Program-made: the position numbers and the translations under genes
The notes under the pieces: generated by a model
The model's database searches: none
What the model saw: only the letters and a program-made list of their open reading frames with translations
Told to the model about the DNA's origin: nothing
In this document: in pieces, positions 47,650 to 56,351 of the stretch
How positions within the stretch are numbered: position 1 is the first letter of the stretch
How the letters are laid out: each line of letters opens with the position of its first letter
NCBI GenBank assembly: GCA_000708835.1
Contig: DF237083.1
Span: forward strand, 113,040 to 177,039
Origin: Klebsormidium nitens
Taxonomy: Eukaryota > Plantae > Klebsormidiophyceae
Length of the DNA stretch: 64,000 nt
Direction: 5' to 3'

Positions 47650-50142
47650 ATGGCACCCCGACAGAACCTTACAGCCTTCCTCTCAAAGCGTAAAGTGGAG
47701 AAATGTTCAGCATTTACTCACACTGGATTAGGTAAGGACTTCCTTGGTTCGTATTACGTCAATGAAGAGGATGTTGACACGTTGCATGACCTGTATATCA
47801 AGTCCTTAGAGGCCGGTGATCGCCTGCACCTGACAGAAAAGCACCGGGAGGGTAAATCTCCGATCTACATCGACTTTGACTTCAAACAGCTGTCTGGAGA
47901 CCGGTTGTATACCCCCGAGCACGTTCGAGAAGTATACCTGGCGATCGCCCAGGGGGCATCACACTACGTCCAGTTCACCCCCGAGGACTTGACCTGTTAC
48001 GTGCTCGAGAAACCGTCCCCCCGACCGGACAAGAACCACCCGTATAAGGATGGTTTCCACCTCATCTTTCCTGACATCGTGACGTCACCAACCGTCCAGC
48101 ACCTGATCCGCAAGAACATCCTAGATTCTAACAGCCTTGCCGAAATTTTCGGAGACTGTGGATTCAAGAACAATTACTCGGACATGTACGACGAAGCGGT
48201 TATCGAGAAAAACAACCTGATGATGTACGGAAGTCAGAAGGTTGACGAGCCTGCAGCCTGGACAGTAAGCTACTTGCTGACTGGGCAGGACGGTGACGAA
48301 GAAGAGTGTGAACTTGAGCCTGCTGAACTGGTCTTGGAACTGTGTGTCCGAAACAAGTTCACGTGCAACCCTACGATCGCGACAGCTACAGCTGAGATTG
48401 AAGCATATGCCGCCGAGCGAGCCAAGAAGGCAGAGAAGCCAGCGCAAGCCAGCTTGTCCAGGTTTGCGGGCAACAATGCCATCACCTTCGACAGGCTTAA
48501 GGCTCTCATTGCTGGTCTCGCGGAGGAGCGGGCGGCCGGTAGAGACAGCTGGTCAAAATGCATGTGGGCAATCATGAATGTCTCCAAGGACAATGGCTTC
48601 AGCGAATTCCAGAAGATGAAGCTGGGTCATCAATTCAGTGAGCTCAGCCACAGCCACTATGACGAGGATGGCGTGGATAAGTTCCTAGCTGACGGGGTCA
48701 AGGAGCACACAAACCCTATTAACCTGGCTACATTGATCCTGTATTTAAAGCAAGACAACCCGGACGTATATGACACTCTGTTCGGCGGCGTGAAGTCTTA
48801 TGATGAGACTAAAATGGAATTTGAGCGTAATCATTTCAAGGTAATGCAGCCACTGTGCTTTGTTGAGGTCGAAGCCGACGATCAAAGCCTATATTACCGT
48901 GGAAAAAGGGAGTTTTTGGAGGCTTATGAGAATCTATATTGCACGGTGAAGAAGGTGGATAAAAACGGAATAGAATATACCGAAAAAGAGGCATTTGTTA
49001 AGTTGTGGTTTGCCGACACTCAGATCCGGACGTACAAAAAGTTGGTCTTCTGTCCGCCGCCTACCCCCGTGCCAGCAGATTGCTTCAACACTTACAACGG
49101 CATGCAAGCGGAAAAGGCGGAGGCTGACGTCAGCTGCGGAAGCATCGAGCCCTTCTTGCGACACGCGGCGGTGCTGTGTAACAATGTTCCCCAGCATACG
49201 GAATACTTCCTCAAATACTTGGCTCATATTGTTCAGTTCCCTGGAAAGCTGTCAAACGTAGCTATAGTTCTCAAGTCTATTGTGGAGGGTGTCGGGAAAA
49301 ATACCTTTCTGGATTTCTTCATGAAGCTAGTGCTGGGGGAGGAGCTATCCTATGAGTCAGCGAATCCTGTCAGAGATCTGTTTTCCCGATTCTCACAGCG
49401 GAGGAAGGAGAGACTAATGATTGTCATTAATGAGACCAGTGGGAAGGACACGCACGCATTCAGTGAGCAAATCAAGGACATGATCACGTCGACTACCTAC
49501 AATCATGAGGAGAAAGGCATCCGACCAATCAAAATGAACAATTACGCCCGGTTGATCTTCACAACCAACAATGACGTCCCCGTAAAAATCGGACAGCACG
49601 ATCGACGGTTCGTGGTCTTTGAGGCTAGCAACGAGCTGGTCGGAAATGCGGAATATTTCAGGAATTTTGCGCAATATGCCGCTGACCCGAACAATGCCTT
49701 GGCGGTTTACGAATATTTAAAATCGCTCGACCTGTCGACTATTCATTTAGAAAACGATCGCCCGAAGACCGAGGAGTACCTTGAGATTCAGAAGAACACC
49801 ATCAAGCCCGAATACCGATTCTTGGGTAGCATGATCGAGATTTATCGGAAAAACCACAACAGCGACGTGGTAGCATTTAAGGGTCTGGATATATTTATAG
49901 AGTTTTCCAAGTGGATGACCCAGGCTATACCGTTGCAAATCACCTCCACACAGTTTGGACGGACACTCAACACGCTGATGAAGCTAACCGACTCGGTTCA
50001 AAAGCGGCGGTTAGGAACCGGGGTGGTTTATGAGATCAATCTACTCAATCTACAGCATTGGATGGTGGAGAAGAAGTATATCGACGACGGAACTGGTCTG
50101 GACGACGTTGAGAGGTCTGTACCGGTATTCAGACCCGAATAA
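47650..50142 (+). CDS. AEP primase - PriCT-2 - SF3 (D5-like) helicase fusion, 830 aa
   Basis: HLTEK...PIYIDFD, KDGFHLIFPDI, MMYGSQK (NCLDV-type AEP); WSKCMWAI (PriCT-2); EGVGKNT Walker A, VINE Walker B, IFTTNN, DRRF (SF3). Confidence 0.93.
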   Translation: MAPRQNLTAFLSKRKVEKCSAFTHTGLGKDFLGSYYVNEEDVDTLHDLYIKSLEAGDRLHLTEKHREGKSPIYIDFDFKQLSGDRLYTPEHVREVYLAIAQGASHYVQFTPEDLTCYVLEKPSPRPDKNHPYKDGFHLIFPDIVTSPTVQHLIRKNILDSNSLAEIFGDCGFKNNYSDMYDEAVIEKNNLMMYGSQKVDEPAAWTVSYLLTGQDGDEEECELEPAELVLELCVRNKFTCNPTIATATAEIEAYAAERAKKAEKPAQASLSRFAGNNAITFDRLKALIAGLAEERAAGRDSWSKCMWAIMNVSKDNGFSEFQKMKLGHQFSELSHSHYDEDGVDKFLADGVKEHTNPINLATLILYLKQDNPDVYDTLFGGVKSYDETKMEFERNHFKVMQPLCFVEVEADDQSLYYRGKREFLEAYENLYCTVKKVDKNGIEYTEKEAFVKLWFADTQIRTYKKLVFCPPPTPVPADCFNTYNGMQAEKAEADVSCGSIEPFLRHAAVLCNNVPQHTEYFLKYLAHIVQFPGKLSNVAIVLKSIVEGVGKNTFLDFFMKLVLGEELSYESANPVRDLFSRFSQRRKERLMIVINETSGKDTHAFSEQIKDMITSTTYNHEEKGIRPIKMNNYARLIFTTNNDVPVKIGQHDRRFVVFEASNELVGNAEYFRNFAQYAADPNNALAVYEYLKSLDLSTIHLENDRPKTEEYLEIQKNTIKPEYRFLGSMIEIYRKNHNSDVVAFKGLDIFIEFSKWMTQAIPLQITSTQFGRTLNTLMKLTDSVQKRRLGTGVVYEINLLNLQHWMVEKKYIDDGTGLDDVERSVPVFRPE

Positions 50143-50210
50143 TCAACTCATTTTTTTATTAACGCTAACTGTCGTTTAGCGGGACTCAAGAGAAACGCCC
50201 AACTAAACGA

Positions 50211-50590
50211 GTGTAGGGTTTGGGAGATTAGTGTAGGGTTTGAGAGGAGAATCGCGAAACCCTACACTATTGTCCTTTTTCCGTTTTTACACTGGTTTCA
50301 GTCTCTCCTTTCCCTTTCCTTTTATATTTCAGTATATAGTGAATGTAGGGTATGTAGGGTATGTAGGGTTATTATGGAACTCAACACGGGGGAAAATAAG
50401 AAAGTCATATAGGGGAAGGCGGGGTCAGCAAGTCTACATACCCTACACCCCGTATAGACTGAATAAATAATGATATTTGGTAATGAAGACTGAATTCAGT
50501 CTTTTAATATTTCTAAACGTTTAAAATGTAGGGTTTCCAGACTTTGCTTGCAAACCCTACACAAATTTCCGTAACCCTACAAACCCTACA
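50211..50590. repeat. Cis-element B: TGTAGGG iteron array, core TTCAGTATATAGTGAA (50328-50343) and 18-bp palindrome AAGACTGAATTCAGTCTT (50486-50503); putative origin/recombination site
   Basis: More than ten TGTAGGG/CCCTACA motifs in inverted pairs around AT-rich tracts, immediately downstream of the primase-helicase stop. Confidence 0.85.
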
Positions 50591-50650
50591 TCGACTTATA
50601 ATCTCTACGTTCAAACAAATGAAAAATTCTCTCTGATAGAGTTAAGAAAT

Positions 50651-51016
50651 ATGTGGTATTATCGTGTGCTTATTGAAGCAATAGACCCTTTAGATGGCGA
50701 CTTGACTTACATTAGCGACTACGTAAAGGCAGGCGTTTTGAATAAATTCGAAGCATTTGTAAGAAGGTATTACCCTGAACACAAATGGCTTGAGAAAAAT
50801 AAGGTGGAAATCACGGAGGAAAACCCTTTCCAGCCGCACGATGAGAGATGTACGGTTGTGACACGCTACGGACTTAGTAAACTACCCGCGACGGACGCCC
50901 GATTACCAACAAGCTGCCCCATCGCGACACCCCTGTCAAACCCTCTGTTGAACTTAGCGGCCGCGTGTTCACCCGCCGCACCAAAGTTCGCGCCGATAGC
51001 CGACGACAGCCTATGA
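50651..51016 (+). CDS. Hypothetical viral protein (121 aa); 3' part overlaps an antisense gene
   Basis: ATG after an AT-rich leader; N-terminal 75 aa look like a normal globular protein. Confidence 0.45.
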   Translation: MWYYRVLIEAIDPLDGDLTYISDYVKAGVLNKFEAFVRRYYPEHKWLEKNKVEITEENPFQPHDERCTVVTRYGLSKLPATDARLPTSCPIATPLSNPLLNLAAACSPAAPKFAPIADDSL

Positions 51017-51144
51017 ATGAGCGGTGCAGACCCGTGCAGAGTCTTCGCCACGTTGCTCGAAACATCGCCAATACGTCGGATGATTTTGCCTGCTGAGTGA
51101 ATACCTTTGAGGACAGAAGAGCCGATGCGTGAAAAAAGTCCCAT
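50866..51144 (-). CDS. Small virion protein with N-terminal amphipathic helix (candidate membrane-lytic protein)
   Basis: MGLFSRIGSSVLKGIHSAGKIIRRIG; preceded by TTTATAAAAC-ATG, the same leader as the MCP gene. Confidence 0.65.
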   Translation of the reverse strand: MGLFSRIGSSVLKGIHSAGKIIRRIGDVSSNVAKTLHGSAPLIHRLSSAIGANFGAAGEHAAAKFNRGFDRGVAMGQLVGNRASVAGSLLSP

Positions 51145-51147
51145 GTT

Positions 51148-52023
51148 TTATAAACTATCCAGAGAATTTAATCCAGTGACTGATTTGATTAGGGAAAGTT
51201 TTGTGTAATCCAAGATTTCACTCAGAATACCCACAGTTCGGTTTTGCCCATCTTGCACATTCTTTTTGTATATCCTCACTAGAAAGGTGATGGTGTAAGG
51301 GTTCAAATAGGTCAGGTCGTTGCCGTATATGTCCTTTATCAGAATTTGCAGCCTGCTTATATTGCGCTCATTTAAGAACATTTCAAACTGGTTGCCAGGG
51401 TTCTGCCAGTGTAGGACAGTAAAAGGAGCTGTGTCAAAAGGGATGACTGCCAGCACATCAGACGGCTTGCACTTCAGGTCTTGGTCTGAGCTGAAGTTAT
51501 CCACGTTCCAGCAGGCAGTTGTGGAGACTCCGGAAGCATGCAAGACCAGCTGATTGACCCCTCCCTTCAAGTCCAGCTGGTTGGTGCTAGTTATGGTTGT
51601 CCCAGACGGTGTGTCTGTACTGTTGAAGCCAAAGGTTTGATAGCTATTGTGTACGAAGGCAAGAGCATGAGGGGTTGAGAACTTGAAGACAGCTCGGTTG
51701 GTATGGTTGTCATAAGTGCAGGTCACACTAGGGTACAGGCGGCTCACAGTAAGGCAAAGATCTCTGTAGCTGTAGTTTCCTGGTGGCACTGTGATGGTGG
51801 TGCTTGCATTCAGGGCATCTGTAAAGGTGAGCTGGTTGTTTAGGCTGTTAACCACGTAATACTGAATTTGCATCGTGAAATCTACCACTGTCAGGCTCAT
51901 CTGATGCTCTGGCATGGCTGTCATTACATCGGTATCAAATTCAAACACAGAATCATAGGAGTTGGTTTGTGCTGACCTTAAAAACAAATATTGACTGTTG
52001 ATGAGCACATTCAGGTCACTCAT
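51148..52023 (-). CDS. Minor capsid protein (penton, single jelly-roll with insertion), 291 aa
   Basis: Beta-rich; YYVVNSLNNQLTF...TITVPPGNYS and LQILIKDIYGNDL...FTLLV-like patterns typical of PLV/virophage minor capsid proteins. Confidence 0.8.
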   Translation of the reverse strand: MSDLNVLINSQYLFLRSAQTNSYDSVFEFDTDVMTAMPEHQMSLTVVDFTMQIQYYVVNSLNNQLTFTDALNASTTITVPPGNYSYRDLCLTVSRLYPSVTCTYDNHTNRAVFKFSTPHALAFVHNSYQTFGFNSTDTPSGTTITSTNQLDLKGGVNQLVLHASGVSTTACWNVDNFSSDQDLKCKPSDVLAVIPFDTAPFTVLHWQNPGNQFEMFLNERNISRLQILIKDIYGNDLTYLNPYTITFLVRIYKKNVQDGQNRTVGILSEILDYTKLSLIKSVTGLNSLDSL

Positions 52024-52042
52024 TTAGTCTAAAGGGAGATTT

Positions 52043-52567
52043 TCATTCGGTCTGGATGATCCCAAGGGTGAGCTGCCAAGGTGGTACCGTGGTGTTTGCA
52101 CCAACCAAGATGTCACTGTCATCCGTGGTATACATGCTCTTAAAAGAGATTGTTAAGGTTCTCTGAACAAAAAGGCTTAGGTCTTGCAACGAAACGCCAT
52201 AGTGTGGATTGCCATTTTCATAATAAGCTCCACCAGCTGTAAGGATGGTTTTTGTTGCAGTTCCTGTTGAACTATCAAAAGACAGAGGCTGTGCTAATTC
52301 TTCGAGATTGATATTGTAAGGATACGTCGGAGAAACTGTCCCCACAAAGAAGAAGTTTGAAACAAACAAGCGACAATTACCCTTGATTGTATCAAATGGA
52401 ACTGAGACATTGCGGAAAGTAAACCCAGTGTGTCCGTCCGAAGTAGCGTCTTTAGATCTAAGCACAAGCTTATACATCCGGTCATAAGGCTTGCTCTGGC
52501 TTACATTCTTGAAACGGATAAGGAGACGGCTGGTGAGGTGCAGATCGTCCTGCAGCAAAGTTGACAT
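52043..52567 (-). CDS. Second penton-like single jelly-roll protein (174 aa)
   Basis: YKLVLRSKDA...FTF.N...CRLFVSNFF...LTISF...WQLTLGI strand pattern; adjacent to the minor capsid gene. Confidence 0.55.
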   Translation of the reverse strand: MSTLLQDDLHLTSRLLIRFKNVSQSKPYDRMYKLVLRSKDATSDGHTGFTFRNVSVPFDTIKGNCRLFVSNFFFVGTVSPTYPYNINLEELAQPLSFDSSTGTATKTILTAGGAYYENGNPHYGVSLQDLSLFVQRTLTISFKSMYTTDDSDILVGANTTVPPWQLTLGIIQTE

Positions 52568-52590
52568 CCATTTTAAGTTAGTATCACATT

Positions 52591-53013
52591 TTAATCTTCT
52601 GCTTCGCTATCTGGATGCACAACCACAAAACCGCCCCCTTCGAGCTCTGTTAAACAGCCAGGATTTTTGTGTGCTTCTCCTCCTTCCAATACTTCAAGTG
52701 CTTGTACTGTCGTTCTTAAAGCTTTTTCTTCATCTGCAGCCCTTTGCTTATCCGAGATGTGCTCCACCTCGATTGCCCCTGGGATCTTGAACCTGTCAGG
52801 GTCTTGCTCTGCCTCGGTAAGCTTTCCCTTCCCTTTCTTCGCTTGCTTTCGTGTAAACTTTTCACCCTTCTTCTTATTCTCCTTCAGCCATTCGCCATCA
52901 CTGGCATCGATTGCGTACGTGTCTGCAAGCTCCTCTACCACAAACTTTGGGATTTTAGGATAGTCCCTGCACATAGCACTGATCCACTCTTCTTTCACCT
53001 TGTCTGCGACCAT
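52591..53013 (-). CDS. Hypothetical viral protein (140 aa)
   Basis: MVADKVKEEWISAMCRDYPKIPKF...; ATG in TATAAAATG context, head-to-head with the ATPase gene. Confidence 0.65.
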   Translation of the reverse strand: MVADKVKEEWISAMCRDYPKIPKFVVEELADTYAIDASDGEWLKENKKKGEKFTRKQAKKGKGKLTEAEQDPDRFKIPGAIEVEHISDKQRAADEEKALRTTVQALEVLEGGEAHKNPGCLTELEGGGFVVVHPDSEAED

Positions 53014-53037
53014 TTTATATGTGCTAATATAATAAAA

Positions 53038-53937
53038 ATGAAGACGGAACGACTTCCTATCTCTAAGGTGGACATCAAGAACAACAAGCTGCCATATGGA
53101 GACCGCAAAGTGCCTGAGTATATGCCTGCTCTTCACCCGCTAGTGGCTTTGGTTGGCTCGCGTGGACAAGGTAAGACCACCAGAATCTGCGAGTGGCTTC
53201 TTATGTATGACGCAGCCAAATCGTATGATAAGGTCTTTGTGATCTCGCCTACGTTTACGAGAGACCCCAAGACGGCTTGCCTGACGGAAGAGCCTCGAAA
53301 TTTCACAGTCGAAGTTATTCCAGGATACACGGAGGATGGCTTCAAAGACATCATGGCATATATGGTGCACGAGGTCGATGAATACAAGAAGTACTTAAAG
53401 GAATTGGAGGCTTGGAAACGTTTCCTTAAGTGCAAAAACATAGATTCGCTTAGCAACGACGATATCGCGCTGCTTTATGGTCTTGACTTTGAGGCACCTA
53501 AGACGATCTATAAGTGGGGCTTTCCATCGTTCTGTGTGGTCGTAGATGATTGTGTGGCAGACAAGAAGATGTTCAGCCCGACCATGCGTGGGGCTTTTGT
53601 GAACTTTATCCTTCTTCATCGCCATCACTCTTGTAGTGTGATTATGGCGAGTCAAGTGCTAACCAATGGTATACCTAGAGGTGTTCGAGGGAACGTCAGC
53701 TGTTGGATCCTGTTCGATACGAAATCAGACAAACTCAAGGAATCGATCGCGGAAGAGCTGGCATCTAAGGCAACCCCCCAAGAGGTCTTGGAAGCCTGGA
53801 CGCAAGCGTGTCAGAAGCCTCACGACTTTCTGTTTGTGGATTACGATTCAAAGGATCGAAACCGCATGTTTAGGCAATGTTGGGATAATCAGATCTTGTT
53901 GGAAACAATCAAGCCTACTCCGGAAACACCGACTTAA
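53038..53937 (+). CDS. A32-like (FtsK/HerA) genome-packaging ATPase, 299 aa
   Basis: Walker A GSRGQGKT, Walker B CVVVDD, LHRHH arginine-finger region, ASQ, HDFLFVD. Confidence 0.93.
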   Translation: MKTERLPISKVDIKNNKLPYGDRKVPEYMPALHPLVALVGSRGQGKTTRICEWLLMYDAAKSYDKVFVISPTFTRDPKTACLTEEPRNFTVEVIPGYTEDGFKDIMAYMVHEVDEYKKYLKELEAWKRFLKCKNIDSLSNDDIALLYGLDFEAPKTIYKWGFPSFCVVVDDCVADKKMFSPTMRGAFVNFILLHRHHSCSVIMASQVLTNGIPRGVRGNVSCWILFDTKSDKLKESIAEELASKATPQEVLEAWTQACQKPHDFLFVDYDSKDRNRMFRQCWDNQILLETIKPTPETPT

Positions 53938-54541
53938 TAGCAAGGTCGCGCATAGCTTTTGACACTTTCGAGTTGATTTCATCACGAGCAGCCACATGCA
54001 TCATGTCTCGTTGGGTTGGTCTCGCAGCCGTTAGCTTTGCAACCTCCTTCGCCACCTCCTTTTTTACAGTCTTTATAAACCTTCTTTTTTGCTTGCGCTG
54101 GTAGTGGTCGTCATCGCTCTCGGAGGAGGCGGACGAATCTGAATCAGACTCGTAGATCACCTTCTTCACCTTCTTGACTGGCTTCTTCGCCTTCTTGACC
54201 TTGACCACCTCGACCTCCGCCTCAGATTCTTCTTGCGGCTCTGGCTCAGGTGCTTTGGGCTCAGGTTCAGGTTTGAAAGTCTTTTCTAGTGCTTGCACCT
54301 TCTTAACTCGTTCTTCAAAAGTTTTTTGCTTTAGTGCTTTTTCTTTCTCCGTAAGTTCCTTCATTGCTTGCTTTTTAAGTGCTGCTTTCTCCCGCATAAG
54401 AGCCATCTGCTTCAACTTCTCGGGGCTGCATGGCTTTTTCGGCTTACCATTTGCCCCTAGAGCAGGCGCGGCGGGAGCTTCCACCGTCTCCTCGACTGCT
54501 TCCGCAACCTCTTCGATCGGCTCTATAGACGTGTCACTCAT
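53915..54541 (-). CDS. Lys/Glu-rich hypothetical viral protein (208 aa)
   Basis: Intact ORF with TAAATG start; charged low-complexity sequence with an acidic SDSDSSASSESDDD patch; overlaps the ATPase 3' end by 23 bp. Confidence 0.7.
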   Translation of the reverse strand: MSDTSIEPIEEVAEAVEETVEAPAAPALGANGKPKKPCSPEKLKQMALMREKAALKKQAMKELTEKEKALKQKTFEERVKKVQALEKTFKPEPEPKAPEPEPQEESEAEVEVVKVKKAKKPVKKVKKVIYESDSDSSASSESDDDHYQRKQKRRFIKTVKKEVAKEVAKLTAARPTQRDMMHVAARDEINSKVSKAMRDLAIKSVFPE

Positions 54542-54552
54542 TTACAGAGTAC

Positions 54553-55056
54553 TTAGAAAAAAAATTCACTGTAATATCTGTTTTCTCTGACAGATTTTGC
54601 AGGTACGAGCTTCTGAAGGGATAATATATAGGTAAGTGTGCCCTTTAAATCCAGTGTATTCCACCGCTTTTCAACGGGTGGCACATTCACGATCAGCTTC
54701 TCCCCACGCTGGGATGCAGTCGTGCCCGTAAGGCAAGTAAATCCGCTCACATTCGTCTGCGTAAGATCGGGTAGGCTGAGGTCAGGCAGCTCCTTATAAC
54801 CAATCTTGTTTGCAGGAGCTATGTTCTTCCTCTGGTCAATCATGGTAAGCGAATTCCCGTAAAGGTCAGCCTTACATGGGAGGTTCCACGCTAATTTATC
54901 GTCCGGCTGTGCTAGCTCGTCGTAGTCTGCTTCAACGGGCATGCGAACAACTTTAGGTAGCGAACGGTTGTCCTTTGGGGCTGTGTAAGGCTGCTCATTA
55001 GGCTTCAGCTTCTCGGGGAACATGTTAGCTAAAGGTGTCTTAAACGCGACTGCCAT
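54553..55056 (-). CDS. Hypothetical viral protein (167 aa)
   Basis: Intact ORF packed between the MCP gene and the Lys-rich gene on the same strand. Confidence 0.65.
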   Translation of the reverse strand: MAVAFKTPLANMFPEKLKPNEQPYTAPKDNRSLPKVVRMPVEADYDELAQPDDKLAWNLPCKADLYGNSLTMIDQRKNIAPANKIGYKELPDLSLPDLTQTNVSGFTCLTGTTASQRGEKLIVNVPPVEKRWNTLDLKGTLTYILSLQKLVPAKSVRENRYYSEFFF

Positions 55057-55094
55057 TCTTTATACAATAGAACAAATAATAAAAATCAATCTGC

Positions 55095-56306
55095 TTACCA
55101 AACCACACTTACTTGGCGGTTCGGACCTACCTCCATTAGCGCTGTACACTCAACAAACACCGTGGGCAGGTAGCCAGAACCTGTACCTGTCGTCTGCCAA
55201 GTGATGGTCGAGGCAGAACCACGGGTGTCCAGACCAGAGCTTAGCCTGGACGAACCTTCATCGTTGTCGACGTTGAACTTGAAGTAGTGGAAGAATCCGC
55301 TTCCCTTAAACTTCGTAATTGAATCGAGTGATCCATCCATGGCACCCACCATATCAGCAGACAGACCCATGTTGTGCAAGTTCTCCATCCAGATTTGCTC
55401 TGAAGTCAGTGGTAAAGATGGGAATCTTACTCCATTTACAGCAAACACCGAGTCCACCACATCCGTGGCACACCTTGTAAAGTACGCGCTTGAGCGCAAA
55501 TTGGCGTCTAGTGCGTTGGTCAAGTAAGTTGTCGAGTTCTGGAAGGTAGCCCAGACCCCATCAACGCTCTGAGAGCTTACCGTCATCCTCAGATTCTGAG
55601 CAACTGAACCAGCATTCCCCTGGAAAGTCAAGTAGTACTTGAATGGGATTTTCACACCACCGTTGCTCAGCCTCTGTTGAACGATCTGAGAGTAAGAGCC
55701 GTCGTCAATGCTTATCACCTGGCAAAGAGCCTGAAGCTTGTCAAGACTCCATGTTCTGGTCGTAGAGTCTGCATGAGCCAAAAGAACGTTTGTTCCAGCA
55801 AGCTTGATCTGGAGGCGCACGTGTCCAAGAATTGAGGTGTCCAGGTAGCGGGGCTGAGCGCTAGACAAGAAACCAAGGAAATGAGAGATGGCAACCTTAC
55901 CACTGTAGCCATCGGTATTAGCAGCAGCCGGAAGAGCTGTAACATCACGAGCCACTTGCATCGCTTTCCTTTGAGTAGTTTTGTCAGCACCATAGTAGTC
56001 GATCAAAGCGGTTGAAAGATAGTTGGTCATCTGAGAACCGGGTCCTACTTGAATTCCGTTAACAAGTACGGTAACCTGATCGATCAAAGACTCGACATTT
56101 CTGGGAGCGTTCGTACCAGCCCCAGTGGCCAGATCGCCATACAACGTAAAAGCATCCAGGTTCACGATGCTGTTCTCGGGGAGGGTGATGGAGATCGTAT
56201 CCCCGGCATTAGCCTTGACGGGCGTCTGAGGGTACAGGAGGAAAGTATTCCTAGAAACGTTGTCGAGCTTCTCCAGATAGTACTTAAGGACGGATGGGTA
56301 CGACAT
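55095..56306 (-). CDS. Major capsid protein (double jelly-roll, PLV type), 403 aa
   Basis: LKYYLEKLDNVSRNTFLLYPQT...AGDTISITLPENSIVNLDAF...PRNVESLIDQVTVLVNG and C-terminal SGLDTRG...FVECTALMEVG..RQVSV; this pattern is characteristic of PLV (Tetraselmis-virus-like) MCPs as recalled, not searched. Confidence 0.9.
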   Translation of the reverse strand: MSYPSVLKYYLEKLDNVSRNTFLLYPQTPVKANAGDTISITLPENSIVNLDAFTLYGDLATGAGTNAPRNVESLIDQVTVLVNGIQVGPGSQMTNYLSTALIDYYGADKTTQRKAMQVARDVTALPAAANTDGYSGKVAISHFLGFLSSAQPRYLDTSILGHVRLQIKLAGTNVLLAHADSTTRTWSLDKLQALCQVISIDDGSYSQIVQQRLSNGGVKIPFKYYLTFQGNAGSVAQNLRMTVSSQSVDGVWATFQNSTTYLTNALDANLRSSAYFTRCATDVVDSVFAVNGVRFPSLPLTSEQIWMENLHNMGLSADMVGAMDGSLDSITKFKGSGFFHYFKFNVDNDEGSSRLSSGLDTRGSASTITWQTTGTGSGYLPTVFVECTALMEVGPNRQVSVVW

Positions 56307-56351
56307 GTTTTATAAATTGAGTTCAGATATTAATTTCGCCGTTGACTTTGT

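Noticed and set aside
42945-50590. Elements A and B as ordinary terminal inverted repeats of a Polinton/Maverick
   Set aside because: Outside the 34-bp arm they share motifs rather than near-identity, B is internal to the viral gene set, and no pPolB or RVE integrase is present.
52744-53037. N-terminal 98 aa of the 397-aa ATPase ORF
   Set aside because: It overlaps the antisense gene 52591-53013; ATG 53038 in an AATAAAAATG context is the plausible start.
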